Assembly (NCBI GenBank): GCA_030704615.1
Contig: CM060734.1
Location: 3,968,001 to 4,032,000 of the forward strand
Direction of reading: 5' to 3'
Source of the DNA: Takakia lepidozioides
Lineage: Eukaryota > Plantae > Bryophyta
DNA: 64,000 bases
Shown: positions 1-13,681 of the stretch, in pieces
How positions within the stretch are numbered: position 1 is the first letter of the stretch
Layout of the letters: each line of letters starts with the position of its first letter
Notes under the pieces: model-generated
Database searches by the model: none
What the model was told of the DNA's origin: nothing
The model's input: only the letters and a program-made list of their open reading frames with translations
Translations under genes and position numbers: made by a program

Positions 1-19
1 TATTTAAAAAAAAAACGGT

Positions 20-450
20 CACGGATGAATTTCGGCGCCGAAATAGGGATGAACGTACCCGGGAGCAAGAAGTTATTTCGACCCACGGATGAATTTCGGC
101 ACCGAAATAGGGATGAACATACCCGCGAACAAAACCTTATTTCGACCCACGGATGAATTTCGGTGCCGAAATATGGATGAACATACCCGTGAGCAAAACG
201 TTATCTCGACCCACGGATGAATTTTGGCGCCGAAAAAATGGAAGAACGTACCCCTGAGCAAAAAGTTATTTCGACCTACAAATGAATTTGGCGCCGTAAT
301 AGGGATGAACGTACCCGTAAATGAATTTAAACCCACGGATGAATTTTGGCGCCGAAATAGGGATGAACATATTTCCGTGAGCAGAAAGGTATTTTGACCC
401 ACGAATAAATTTCGGCGCCGAAATTCGGATGAACATACCCGTGAGCAAAA
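20..450. repeat. Tandem array, ~60-bp unit, ~7 copies, with palindromic core ATTTCGGCGCCGAAAT (MULE-associated internal repeat)
   Basis: Repeated cccacggatgaatttcggcgccgaaatagggatgaac..cccgtgagcaaaa seen directly. Confidence 0.9.
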
Positions 451-874
451 GTTAGGGCTGAATCTCACCAAATAGATGTATTCGACCATGGTGTCCAAGA
501 TAAGCCGGCGTACTAGGTGCGGTCTGCTTTCACCTCTGACTTCCTTAACAACTCCGGATTGATGGCTGTTTTAAAGTCCTTCAGAGGTGCAAGTCCCACT
601 TCTTGCACTCTATACAACACAACATATGTGTCATGTGCATTTTTACGCTTATCTGTCACCTTGTCACAGAACATACACATTCCAATAATGGCAACGCAAT
701 CGGCCCGTATGCAGAAGAAATGATGACATTGAACCCAATTGGATGGGTCTGATATGAAAAGTGGCTGCTACGCAGACAGAAGGTCTATCATGAACAAGTC
801 ATAGTAAGGACGACGTTAATCCTCCGTCTGAGGATTCATTGGAAAGGTTTCGGATGACAATCTCATGGGCCAAT

Positions 875-1100
875 TGACTCACTACCCTGGAGGAACAAGT
901 ATGACGAAAGATACTGGAGCCACACATTCGGGTTCGCAGCCAACATGTTGGACGACGACGGCTGTGTTGTTGTGCTAGCCGATGGAGAAGTCAGTGAGAA
1001 TGATGTCAAAGTATGGACGGGGAGAAGTGCAGCACCCATCCTGAAAAAGATCTGTGGTACCTGCTTCAGACCAGTACCTGGCAAAATGATGATCCTCAAT
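875..1100 (+). pseudogene. Fragment of a second copy of the ParB-methyltransferase cargo gene
   Basis: DSLPWRNKYDERYWSHTFGFAANMLDDDGCVVVLA...WTGRSAAPILKK aligns with LPSWNRYSEDFWKKGFGLARMVLDDRGCVVVLA...WTRKSAVPILKK of ORF 17793-18365(-). Confidence 0.8.
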
Positions 1101-1196
1101 GGGTCGATTGTTCGGAAGAACCTTAGTCCTAGTTGCCACTGGCAACCAAATGCGCATGATCTGATAATAATGTGCCAAAGACTGTGGAGGACTGAA

Positions 1197-3425
1197 TTAC
1201 TTCCAAGCCAAATCCATCACAATGGGAATTTGATTGAAGGGCATAATCATAGCCCGATTGTACTCCAGTGCAGCAGGAGTTCTAAGTGGGTGAAAAACAG
1301 CATCCCCCCAAACCTCAGCCTGTGGCATTGCCACGGTATCAACAGTGTCAGCCACTTGCACAGCCACCGGCTGTAGAGGCTGTGATATTGCCGCCACTGT
1401 CCCTCCTATTACTAGCATTTCTTGTACCTCTTGCGATGAAGACTGAAAAACCAGGGTTCTGGCATGCAAATAAGTAGCCACCAGCTGCTCCTCATGAACA
1501 AAGACTTGTTTGTCAATGTTGGAACTCAAGTCACCTATTTGAGTCTGCAGCCCTTCCACATCATCCTGTAACTCTGTTATCCTACTATAGACATTATCTA
1601 TAGTAGTTGTGGCAATGTTCTGCACCTGCAACCTGAGATCATTCATCTCCCCTTGAGTGAGCTTTTGTGGTGCTTTCCCTTCCACCGGCCCTTGTGTTAA
1701 CCATACTTGCATAAGATGATTATCCACCAAGTCCTGTGTAGCACCCCGGAGAGCCTGCTCCTCCTTAAGTCTGTACACATCTAACTGCTATTGTAAGGCC
1801 TTCATGCGCTTGGCATGAGGTTCAACCAGGCCCGCATAGGTAGCAGCCAGATTATTGGCTTCCTTCCAAGCCTTGTTAGCCACAGAGAGTTCATTCTTGT
1901 GGCCTGTGAGTGATTGCTGCAACTGCAGGATGAACCTTTCCTTCTCAGCCTCAATCTGACTGTATTGTTGGAAAGTATCCTCATTGCATCGGAGGGTAGC
2001 CTTTAGATCAGCAATAAGTTTCCCCTGCTCTACTGTCTCAGCCTCTGCCATCATACATCTCTCTGCTCGTCTGTTAACTTCTAATGTAGTTTGCGCCAGA
2101 GCAGTTGTGGCACATTGTATGGTCATTCTCTGATGAACTGTCTCCAACTCTGTATGAAGCACCGTCACTTCCTACAATTTGCCCTTATGCTTCACCTGCA
2201 ATTGGTATAGCTGCTGCTTATGCGCTTCATGCAACTTCCCCTGCTCCAGACCCGCTTCAATCATATTCCCCTTTGCTAGCTGCAGGGCAACCTTGGTGTC
2301 CTCCAATTCTTTCTGTAACTTGAGGTTGGCCTCCACATCCACCTTGTTTGCACACTCAGTGGCAATTCTAGCCTCAAACTCCTGCTTGAGTTCCTCTCTC
2401 AAAGCTGCCAATTGTGTAGATGGAACATGAGACTTCACATATGTGCCCAACAAATTGAGTGTTCTGCTTATGGAACTCATAAGCATGGCTTGCTGTGGGT
2501 CTTCATGGGAACCCTGTTGGTGGTCACCCTGATTCTCCACAGTGTGATGTTTCACCAACCATTCAGGCCATGTTCCCACAAGATCTTCGTCCTGAACGAC
2601 CTCATTCTCCACAGGTGCTGTAGTGCCCCTACCTTCTACCTCTGAAACCTCCTCCACAGGTTCGGGCATCACATGCACAGCAGGGATTTCCTCGGTCAAA
2701 CTCTGCATCTTTGGCACCACTGGTTCCCTGACCAAGCCAAAGTTTTCATAGAGAAGGTCCCCCCTTCTCAATTTCTGCCACTACCTGCTCTGTAGTGGGA
2801 ATGTCCAGCCCTTCTCCTTTCAGAGCAATAGGCTCTGGTGTAACAGCATGTACTATCTGAGTGACCCCTGGAACAACTGAGTCATCTGGCTGTGGTGGTT
2901 GTGGTATCGAGGTGACTTCTTCCTCCCTCTCCAAAGGCCGTGCTTCCAGCAATAACAGCCCCCTGTGCTGCTGCTGCTCCTCCTGCACAAACGCTATGGA
3001 AACATCGTCTTGTGGTTTCCTTGAAGCTAGTGGGTCTGCCATAGTCATATCTCGCTTCTGCCTCTTGGACTGGTGTTGCCCCTCCAATCCACCTTCACTA
3101 TGTGAAGAGCCCTTCTCATCAATTGCAGTGGTTGTTGTCTCAAACACTCCCATCTCCTTACGTTCTCGCACATCAAGTATACAAGTATCAAGGATAATTT
3201 GCGCAATTATTGGGCCAGACACTATGATCGGAGACTTAGCAACAGTGCCCTGTAACCGCTTCATCTCTTCCACCAGACCATTGTACATCAATTCCGCCCA
3301 AGCTACATCCTCTCCCCTCAAGGCTTTCAGTATCTCCTCCGTGAATGATCTGCTCAAGTACTGTTGGTTCTGTTTCATGGCAAACAGAACATTCAGTATT
3401 TGGCCAACTTCTCTTAGCCCTAGGT
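1197..3425 (-). pseudogene. Disrupted coiled-coil-rich ORF, probably an additional ORF of an LTR retrotransposon
   Basis: Four ORF pieces (2746-3378, 2172-2771, 1788-2168, 1197-1778) are collinear and highly similar to 36830-38720(+); retroelement origin is inferred. Confidence 0.6.
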
Positions 3426-3429
3426 AACT

Positions 3430-3835
3430 CTAGGCCCAGAACTGGAAAAATGGCGCCGAATTTCCAGAATATGTGCCATCCGCCCCAGGGACTTAGCCAT
3501 TTTTGGACCCTGTACTGGAAAAATGACGCCATTTTTCCAGTACAGGGTCCAAAAATGGCCAAGTCCCAGAAATGACTGGGCCCGGAACTGGAAAAATGGC
3601 GCCGAATTTCTAGAATATGTGCCATCCGCCCTAGGGACTTAGCCATTTTCGGACCCTGTACTGGAAAAATGGCGCCATTTTTCCAGTACAGGGTCCGAAA
3701 ATGGCTAAGTCCCAGAACTGACTGGGCCCGGAACTGGAAAAATGGCGCCGAATTTCCAAACTGTGCCAGCCACCCCCGGGGCTTAGCCATCCGCCCCATG
3801 GCCGGAAACACGAAATTCGGCGCCATTTTTCTAGG
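3430..3835. repeat. Tandem/inverted repeats with GGAAAAATGGCGCCGAATTTCC core
   Basis: Multiple copies of ggaaaaatggcgccgaatttc and ggaaaaatggcgccatttttcc. Confidence 0.85.
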
Positions 3836-4329
3836 GGCTTCACAACTAATTTTCATGCGCCACATAAGGCAACTTACATCCTGGAAATGTAGGGACTACA
3901 ATGGCCACGGATCAAAGAAATGCAACGCGTATGTACCTGTACAGAAGGCGCGTTGCCGCTTTGTCGCCATTCGGCTGGTCGGCATTGCCGCATTGCCGCT
4001 CGTAGTACAAAGGCTTCAGTTTGCGACGTGGTCTGGATGTGGGGTTTCTCTCAAGAGAGCCACGCCCTTTTCCATGCGGCATACGTCCAAGTAAAAGAAA
4101 AAATCTCCCGCAGAATGCGTGCGTACATGCCTCGAATGGAACTTCATCCACCCGTCACATCAGGTGTCGAAGGCGTATCCGGGAAGCAAGCGCGGTATCC
4201 GTGTGGAACGTCCGGTTCAAAACAGACGGCGGAGGACATTTAATGCGCAACTGCGCCCTTAAATGTAGGTATGGAGGTCGCCCACAGGCGCCACCTGGCC
4301 CACCCTCCCCCCGAGACTTCATCAACAGC

Positions 4330-5560
4330 CTATTGGATGGAAAAAAACGACGCCGAATTTCCATTCAGCGGATGAAGTGGGACGCACCATGGCCCTCCCT
4401 CCGCCCGAGACGTTCTCATCCAGAAGCAGCCGGATGGAAAACTGGCGCCGAATTTCCATCCTGCAGGCAAGTGGGAGCGCGGCCGGATGGAAAACCGGTG
4501 CCGAATTTCCATCCTACAGGTAAACCAGAGGGCTGCAGGATGGAAAACCGGCGCCGAATTTCCATCCTGCAAGTAAACCGGACCGCTGCAGGATGGAAAA
4601 CCGGTGCCGAATTTCCATCCTGCAAGTAAATCGGTCCACCTCATGGATGGAAATCCGGCACCGAATTTGTCTCTACCGGACGACATTGGTGGGCATAACG
4701 TGCCAAAAAGTGGACCGCAGGCGAAAAACTCTAAGTTGAGTGACTGATTAGACAAAAAAACGCGAAAAACGAATCAAAATTGTTGATGAAGGGTCGATAC
4801 GGGCGTCTGTTGATGGATATTCGGTGCCGTTTTTCCATCCTGCAGATGATCTCTTTCGGCCACTCCCCCCGAGACGACTCCATCTGTGCGGCCTTGGATG
4901 GAAATACGGCGCCGTTTTTCCATTCGAGGGATGTTCTCTGTCGGCTACATGTCGGCCTCTCCCCCCGAGACGACTTCATCCGACGGGCCTCGTCCTGAAA
5001 TTCGGCGCCGTTTTTCCATCCGGGGGACGTTCTCTGTCGGCCAGGTGTCGGCCTCTCCCCCCGAGACGACTTCATCCGACGGGCCTCGAATGGAAATTCG
5101 GCGCCGTTTTTCCATCCGGGGGATGTTCTCTATCAGCCAGGTGTCCGCCTCTCCCCCCGAGACGACTTCATCCGAACGGCCTCGGATGGAAATTCGGCGC
5201 CGTTTTTCCATCCGGGGGATGTTCTCTGTCGGGCAGGTGTCGTCCTCTCCCCACGAGACGACTTCATCCGAACGGCCTCGGATGGAAATTCGGCGCCGTT
5301 TTTCCATCCGAGGGATGTTCTCTGTCGGCCAGGTGTCGGCCTCTCCCCCCGAGACGACTTCATCCGACGGGCCTCGTATGGAAATTCGGCACCGTTTTTC
5401 CATGCGATGGATGTTCTCTGTCGGCCAGGTGTCGGCCTCTCCCCCCAAGACCACTTCATCCGAACAGCCTCGGATGGAAATTCGGCGCCGTTTTTCCATC
5501 CGAGGGATATTCTTTGTCGGCCAGGTGTCGGCCTGTCCCCCTGAGACGACTTCATCCGAC
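4330..5560. repeat. Palindrome arrays: ~45-60-bp units (4330-4670) and ~91-bp tandem units (~8 copies, 4810-5560)
   Basis: GGATGGAAATTCGGCGCCG(A/T)(A/T)TTTCCATCC core in every unit; the repetitive ORF translations here are artefacts of the array. Confidence 0.9.
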
Positions 5561-5564
5561 ACGT

Positions 5565-7170
5565 TGGTTCCCATTGTCACAAATTGACGAGGGGTAACTC
5601 GCGGGAGGCTGCCCACGAGGCAGAGCAGCTCGTTCAGGAGGAGGTTAAGTTGAGACCTGGTGCCAAACCCAAACAGATACAGCTGCAGGCCGCCCATAAG
5701 ATGGCATTGGCCAGAATTATGTCGGAAGACGGCTCCGACAGAGTTCCTCTCGATGAGAAGGAAATGGAGGCATTGCTGGAGTCGGTGTTCCACGTCTGTT
5801 CACCGAATGTCCGAAACCACATTGTCTCCTGCAAACAGAGAATTGGGCGTGGCTCGGATATGCACTACATTCTGGAGGTGAAGCGACGATGTGGATATGA
5901 CTACAGTAGATTTCCAGGACAAGGGACTGAGGCAGATCGTTGTTTCGTATTCAAAATGTCAACGTGTGGGCCTAGCAGCGGCGTCGAACTGGTCCACCGG
6001 ATGACGAGTGGGGACTTGTCAAACAGTTGGGTCATGTTCGACCATATCAAGCGAATTACAAATCACCAGTGGGTGACAATGGGTGCACATGTCTACGACA
6101 CCCACTGCAGGATGCTAATGACAATTGTTATTTGTGAGATGAAAGGAGAGGACACACAATCGGAGATGTTTCTTTGGCAGGGAATAAACGAACAGATGGC
6201 CAGGGCAGGATTTCCCCCTCCCAATTTTAGTGGTTTCATGGCGGACAACGCACAAGCAAATTGGGCTGCCATCCGAAGGGTGTACGGGGAAGACCCCAAT
6301 GTTCCGATGAAAAGCAAGGAGAGATCTTGTGGGTTCCATTTTCTGCAGAGCTTGTCGCAGTACACAACCAGGCTCGTGGCGCCAAATTTCATAGAGGAGC
6401 ACCGTTCCATGTGTCTTGCGTGGAAGTATGCTCCCACCTTGGATGATGCAGAGACACAGTTTGCATGTATACGGGCTTGGTGGACAACGTCAGGTGCTGT
6501 AAAGAAATCAGACGAGGGAGCAATGGTCAGTTGGCTAGCATGGTGGCATTATCGTTTCCTCCAGTTCGGCGACTATATGCGGGAGGTGAGTTGGACAAAT
6601 CTGCGTCCTGTTGAATATTATGCTAGCTACTCATTATTTGTAATTTGCTTGTAACCTGAACATGTGCATGTGCAGGAAATGTGTCTCGACTCTGACACCG
6701 ACATGCCGACAACAAACATGGCCGAATCAGTACATTCTTCCTAGCGTGCCTCCTCTGCGGCGCATCTGGTGGACATCCTTATTGCCACAACGGAGGACAT
6801 TGTCAGGTCAATTATGCAGCAATGCAGGTACAACGAGTTCTTGAAAGGAAAACAGTGGGGCTTGGGGCCGGACAGGCAGGAAATGCTGATGCAGACTACC
6901 TCCAGATCGAAGAATCCTCGCAAGTGGGCGGCAGCCTTGCGAGAGGGCCTTTGGGGCACGCCATTGCTTCGAAGTGGCCAACACTTGAAAGGAGATGTTC
7001 ACACCCGTCCAGTGAGACGAAGACTTGACGAGGCACCTGGCGGAGAAGACGATTCATGGCGAGCTGACAAGAATATTCGCACGCTCCCTCGTGGTCCCGT
7101 GATGTTGCCCGAGGAGGTCTCGTCGAGCACCGCAAGTCTGATGTCTGAGAAAATGGCGCCGAATCTCTAG
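5565..7170 (+). pseudogene. MULE/Mutator-like DDE transposase (5'-truncated, intron 6586-6675, one premature stop)
   Basis: HCH zinc-finger end; WVMFD and FMAD (catalytic Ds); CGFH (CxxH); splicing GTGAG..TGCAG joins to MPTTNMAESVHSS (catalytic E), then an in-frame TAG, continuing in frame into ORF 6769-7170. Confidence 0.85.
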
Positions 7171-7559
7171 TTACATGGCCCAAGAACTGCCCAACATCTG
7201 TGCAATCCCCGGCACCATGTACCGAAATTCGGCGCCACATTTCCAAATTTTGGGCTTACACACCTGCCATGTTGGGACCTATAGCCGCGAAATTCGGCAC
7301 CATTTTTCGCCGGAGACACCTATTACCGCGAACTACGTCGCAGCTTTCTCCGGTTGCGGAACCTATTACCGCGAAATTCGGCGCCATTTTTGCAGATGTC
7401 GCTCGGAATTTGCATGAGCGGAAGAGGAAATATCATGAGCACGGCTCTCAAAACTACAATTTTTACTTCAAACAATGAAATATTATATTGGTTTTTTCTA
7501 ACACATTCCATTAAAAATAATGTTTTTTTATTTTTTTAATTTCCAAAATTTGTACTTCT

Positions 7560-7623
7560 GCTCATGAAAACCGATTGTCTTGCTACTCCGCTCATGCCGC
7601 TCATGCTCATGAAATAGCTAACC
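7560..7623. mobile_element. Right terminus of the transposase-bearing MULE copy (GCTCATGAAATAGCTAACC)
   Basis: Variant of the terminus at 8128-8148 and 12512-12532, preceded by gctcat subterminal repeats. Confidence 0.7.
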
Positions 7624-7649
7624 TCTTAGGAGGTGTTCCGAACCTAGTC

Positions 7650-7939
7650 ATGTACAACAGATTTTAGACGAGGCAAGCCTCAAGAAAATGAAGATGAGGG
7701 AGGAGGCAGCAGCTATTAGAGCCCGTCGGGCTCGTAGATTTGTCTTGGATTCTGCTGAGGTAAGTGGGGGAGAAGAGGCAGAAGATTCCCAGGAGGTGAG
7801 GTGGACAGTCCCCCAAGGAGAGGACGGCATTTTTGAGAGGCATACTGCAACCGATGCATCACAGAGCTCGGAGGATGGGGGGGATGAGGGGGATGAGGAA
7901 GAAGGAGGGCCAAGTTCCTCGGAAGGTGTAGGAGAGTAG
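7650..7939 (+). pseudogene. Last exon of a paralogous ParB-methyltransferase cargo gene
   Basis: RRFVLDSAE...EVRWTVPQGEDGIFE matches RKFICDSAD...EVRWSVPQGEDGIFE at 16646-16900(-). Confidence 0.8.
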
Positions 7940-8127
7940 TTCCCATTCCTGCTATGACAGTTAGGACACACTTGTATAGACGTGGCTTGCCACAAAATTT
8001 GCAATAAAATGTTGCATTTCATTGCTATGACGAGTCCACATGACCCTATTTCCGTGCCTCCTAACCCTATTTCCATGGACAGACAATGGCCCGCTCATGT
8101 TTTTTTTTTTCCGCTCATGCTCATGCC

Positions 8128-8148
8128 GCTCATGAAATAGCAGCCCCC
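8128..8148. mobile_element. MULE terminal inverted repeat (right end of left-hand element)
   Basis: GCTCATGAAATAGCAGCCCCC is the exact 21-bp reverse complement of 12512-12532. Confidence 0.85.
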
Positions 8149-11100
8149 GCAGACCAAGGGCGAGGACCCAATGGTGAAGAACTATGTTACTATTGTAATC
8201 AGGCAGGACATCGCAAGGCAGCCTGTTCATTCTAGATTAAACACCAGAATGAGATGAGAGCTCCTATGAATGAGGGCCCAGTGGTGGCAGCTCACATGGT
8301 TAGGCCATGTGTTGTACCAGAAGTAAGTACAATGATAGTAACCAGAAGCAAAGCTAAATTAATACCTCCAGTAGATGAGGAAGATGATGATAATAAAGAT
8401 GGCAGTGATGTGCCTGAAGATGATGAGGCTTGGAGAGATGAGAAGGAACTGCACAGGGAAGTGGCAGATACCATAAGGGAAATGCAGAAGAGTACTGATA
8501 TCCCTATGGCAGATTCCTTTGATTCTGGAAGAGAAGATGAAGAGAGTGAGGATGAAGAAAAGAAAGAAGCTGCAGAAGTGCAGAGTAATGAAGGGACTTT
8601 GGCTGAAGTAATATGCCGGTCCAAAGCGGAGATTACCATTGGACAATTATTGGCTGTGGCACCTCATTGTAGGCACAGGCTGTATCAAGCAATCAATCAG
8701 GTTGCCCATGAGACAGAGAACACAGGCATGAATAGCAAGGTGACCAGTTATAATGTGAAGCCGGAAGGGCAAGAAACAGTCATGGACTTTGATGATTCTA
8801 TGCCAGTAATCCAATTGAGAATTGGAAGCACAGATCTGACTGATGTACTGATAGATGGAGGCTCTGGAGTGAATATCATAACAGACCAATTAAGGCAAAA
8901 GCTTGGTCTAAGTAACATGAAACCAGCCCCATTCACAGTAACAATGGCAGATCAAAGAAGTGTTCAGCCATTAGGTTTGATAAGAGGAGTTAAGATATAG
9001 ATTCAAAAGATGATCTTTACGATCACAATGACTGTGTTGAAAATGGATGATGTCATGGAAGCTTACTCCTTATTGCTGGGTCGACCATGGCTGAAACAGG
9101 CCAGGGTATTCTATGACTGGAATTCCCAGTTACTAACTGTGCATGATGGGAAGCACAAGATACAAATCACCACAAAGAAATCTAGTAGACTACCTGCTAC
9201 GAGAAGACCTCGGGGAGTTAGAGAGTATGACTGGAGGAGAGGACTTGATGAGGAGCAGGAAGCTACCCTGTTCGCTGCACACCCAGAGTGGGAGCAGGTT
9301 GCAGAAATGCAACTGGAGGGCCTAAGTTGTTTAAAAGGTATTTGCTGTGGTGTAGTGACAGCAACACCAATTGAGGGTGAAACAAGCAGTTACCCACCAC
9401 ATTTCTATGAAAAAAAAAAGGGAGAAATGGAAATCCTAGAAGAACCAGCCACTGTGAGTTTGCAGGATGAAGTAGAGTCTGGTTGGACAATCACAGCTGA
9501 TGAGCAGGTGAGAGAAGTGAATGTGGGAACTGAGGAGGAACCGAGAATGGTGAAAGTAGGGGCTGACTTGGAGCCAGAATTCTTTGAGGAAGCTAAGAGT
9601 CTGTTCATCAAATACAGAGATGTATTTGCTTGGAGCTATGAGGATCTGAAAGGGATACCACCCGAGATCTATCAGCATAAGATTGAACTGGAACCAGGGT
9701 TAGTACCAATCAAACAGGCGAGGTACAGAATGAATCCCAACTATGCATAGAAGGTTGGGGAAGAGATCAAGAAGTTGGCTGAGGCTAAGTTTATATACCC
9801 GATAGAGTATACAACTTGGTTGTCACCCATTGTGATAGTTCCCAAGAATAATGGTAAACTGAGAGTTTGTGTGAACTATAAGAAGTTGAATGCTTGTACA
9901 AAGAAAGATCCTTTCCCTTTGCCATTCACAGAAGCGGTACTGGACACTGTGGCAGGCCATGAGATGTACTTCATGGATGGCTTTAGTGGGTATAACCAAG
10001 TGCAAGTGGCAGAAGAAGTCCAGGGAAAGACAACTTTCATCACAGACTGGGGTGCTTATGCATACAAAGTCATGCCTTTTGGATTTTGTAATGCACCAGC
10101 AACCTTTCAGAGAGTGATAAGTGAATCTTTCCATGAATATCTGGATTATTTCATGTAGGTGTTCTTGGATGATTTCAGTGTGTACAACTCTAAGAATGAG
10201 CACTTGCATAAATTGGAGTTATGTTTGGCCAGATGCAGGATGAGAGGTCTGGGCATGAATCCAGAGAAGTGTACTTTCTGTGTGAACTCAGGGGTACTTT
10301 TGGGCCACATTGTGTGTAAGAGGGGACTTCTTGTGGATCCTAGAAAGACAGAGGCCATTAAAGCCTCTCCACCACCAGGAAATGTTAAGAGTCTAAGGAG
10401 ATTCCTTGGACAAACCAATTATTACAAAAGATTTGTCAGACGGTATGCACAGATAGCAGCACCATTGAGCAAGCTTCTGAAGAAAGATACAGTGTTTGCA
10501 TGGACAGCTGAATGTCAACAGGATTTTGAGGAACTTACATTGTCAGTAACAACTACACATGTGCTGATTAACCCTCATTGGCATGTAGTATTTCATGTTC
10601 ACTGTGATGCCTCATGAGAAGCATTGGGAGCAGTATTAGCCCAAAATGTTACAGGAGACATAGATTCACCTGTGTATTATGCTAGTAGGTTGATGAACAG
10701 TGCTGAGAGGAACTATAGCACAACTGAAAGAGAAGCATTGGCAACGATTTATGCAGTCAAGAAATTCAGGCATTACCTATTGGGAAGGAAGTTTATGTTT
10801 TATGTGGATCATCGGGCTCTGATTTATCTGGTGAACAAGCCTTTGATAAGTGGAAGGATAGCAAGATGGTTAATAATCTTGCACGAGTTTGAGTTCGAAG
10901 TTGTTTACAAGCCTAGCCGTTTGCATCTTGTGGCAGATCACTTGTCACGCCTATCAACAGGAGAGCCTGCCACAGGAATAGACGACCAACTACCTGATGC
11001 GAGTTTATTTGCAGTGGAGGTGCAGGAAAGTGCAGATGATTGGTTAGATTGGCAGAGGCCAATCAGATACTACCTTACTCATGGTCAGTGCCCACCTAGT

Positions 11101-12511
11101 TATGGGAAGGAGCAGAGGAAGAGAATAGCTATCAAGGCTTTACCTTACACTATGATAGGGGGCAGAATGTATAAGCTAGGACCGGATGGAGTACTTAAAT
11201 GATGCTTGTACCACCATGAAGTAAATAAAGTTTTGGAAGAAGTTCATAAAGGAGTGGCTGGAGGTCATTTTGGAGAAGAGACTACCAGTAGAAAGATACT
11301 ACTTGCAGGTTACTGGTGGCCTACATTGTTCAAGGATGTACACAAGTATTGCAAGAGTTGTGATGAGTGTCAGAGGCTAGGACCATTGCAGAGATCTGGG
11401 AAGATGACTTTGCATCCTACGATGCCTACTGAACCATTTCAGAAATGGGGACTAGACTTTGTTGGACCAATTAACCCACCAGCCAGAAATACACAGAACA
11501 AGTATATAATCACAGCCACTGATTATACTACAAAGTGGGTGGAAGTTAAAGCTCTGAGGGACAACACAACTAAGTCCACAGCAAGGTTCCTCTAACATAC
11601 TTTCAAGATTTGGCTGTCCCCTGGAATTTATTAGTGATCAGGGAAGTCACTTCATTAATGAGACCATAGAACTATTGACTAAAGAGTTCATGATTGTGCA
11701 TAGGAAGAGTACAACCTATTACCCACAGGGTAATGGGCAGGCAGAAGCCACCAACAAAATACTATGTACTATCTTGGCTAAGATAGTCAATGCGAACAGA
11801 ACATATTGGGATACAAAGTTGCTGACAGCTTTGTGGTCATACAGGATTTCACATAAAGTCACCACTAAGTATACACCATTCCAATTAGTTTATGGTATGG
11901 AAGATTTACTTCCAGTGGAATTCTTGTTACCGACCATGAGAACTGAATGGGGAAGGAGAATGGAATTGGAAGATTCAATTAAGGTCAGGAAACTTGAATT
12001 ATACCATGTGGAAGAAGTACGTGCTGATGCAGCGGATAACATGACCAGAATTCAGATGAAGAGGAAGGATCAGTTTGATGAAGGTAAATTAAAGACTTTT
12101 AAGACAAGAGATTTGGTACTGTGGTTGCAGAAGAAGGGAAAGATTAAAGCTTCGAAGCTTAAATCACCATGGAAGGGACCTTATGTCATACAGAAGATGT
12201 ATGATAATAACACCGCCATGTTACAAACCATTAACAAAGAAATGCTGGGAAGAGTCAATGCCAATAAGTTGAAGGGATACAGTGGTATCCATGACAAACC
12301 ATTGCAGCACGATTTGCACGTTGAAACACAAAAATAGTCACGGGCTGCGCCGGTGATACCAACGGAGTATGGAGCACATGTCATTAAGCCGAGCGTGTAT
12401 GGTCAGGGCAGGAAGTACAGGTGTTTACATAGCTATCACAGCCCACCACAGTGTCACACAGCCTATCACAGCTCGTCATAGTCTGACACAGCCTGTCACA
12501 GCCCAACATAG
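8149..12511 (+). mobile_element. Degenerate Ty3/Gypsy internal region (gag knuckle-PR-RT-RNaseH-INT), LTRs absent
   Basis: CYYCNQAGHRKAAC knuckle; VLIDGGSG protease; MPFG/FLDD RT; CDAS..NYSTTEREALA RNase H; [12 protein letters not shown] and GQAE integrase; several stops and frameshifts. Confidence 0.95.
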
Positions 12512-12967
12512 GGGGGCTGCTATTTCATGAGCCATGAGCCATGAGCCATGAGCAGAGTCATAAGTGTCGAAAAAAACATGAGCAAGACTATTTTCCGGAA
12601 ATGAGTGTCCGCGGGAATAGGGTTTAAGGTGTCACGGTCATAGGGGGAGAAGGACCTCCCGATGAAGGAGGTTCGGCAACGTTTTTTAGAATTACATATT
12701 GAAAGGCAATGTTTCGCGAATGGTAGGGTGCTACTGCTCTGGACAATGGGGGCCCATTTCAGCCTACCAGCCATTTGCAAAATCCACACACACTCCCAAT
12801 CGCAAACGAAATGAGGAATGATGCATTCTGGGAACGATGGATACAGAATAGAACAAAAAGATCAGACACAATGGGGTTTTTATTGATCCACATGAATTGC
12901 ATATGAAGCACGTCTACTGTGCTGATTGTGCAAACAAATCTTTAGCCCTGTGCCTTCTGAATACAAG

Positions 12968-13681
12968 TCACGTTGTCAATGGGACTTCGACTGCTCTGAG
13001 AACAAGCTCATGAGTCATCGGGCTCCTCCAGGTAAACTAGATTGCAGCCGTTGTACCACCCCTGTTGATGTTCACCACAATGTCCTGCCCTTCAATCATA
13101 CCACCATCGAATATGGAAAGCTTCATGTTTTCGTCGTCCACACCAATGCGAATGTCCCCATACAATGGAGAAGATGAGCGCACTCCTTCAGGAGTATAAG
13201 TCTCTCCGATGGAGTCCACCCACGTCCACTGGCAGCAGTTCCACCGCAACAGCATAGCAGTGCGCATTCTTCTGCATGGGTGCCCGTCGTAGCTGGGAAA
13301 ATCGGAATCAAGGATGCGCAGGAGCCACGGACTCCTCAGACCAAGATCGTCACCCCGCTCGAAGGCGTACTGGCCTGGGGGATACTCAAAAGCGGACAAT
13401 GTTTCCACATTCGAACGAGTATCTTCTGTGTAATCTGTGTACCAGATAACGATGTCTCCCGATGTGGCCGAATACATTGCATAATCGATGCCTCCATAAG
13501 GGCAGTCGTCCCGGTTCCGGAAGCACGGCATCCTTGCAAAGGAGGACCTGAGGACGTCTTTGATGCTGATGACAATGACCTTGCGGACAGCAACGAAGCC
13601 CTTAGATTTTCGAAATGATGAGAAGCGGAAGAGCAGTGCGGGCTCCAATAATGGAGCATCTGGGTCACAAGTACCCACCAT
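12968..13681 (-). pseudogene. Unknown cargo gene X (premature TAG at 13037; ancestral stop ~12968)
   Basis: 214-aa ORF; read-through FTWRSPMTHELVLRAVEVP matches the C-terminus of its paralog at 14627-15139. Confidence 0.7.

Noticed and set aside
4731-5793. Repetitive-protein ORFs (e.g. 4824-5597, 4886-5587, 4945-5793)
   Set aside because: Translations of the 91-bp tandem array in several frames and on both strands
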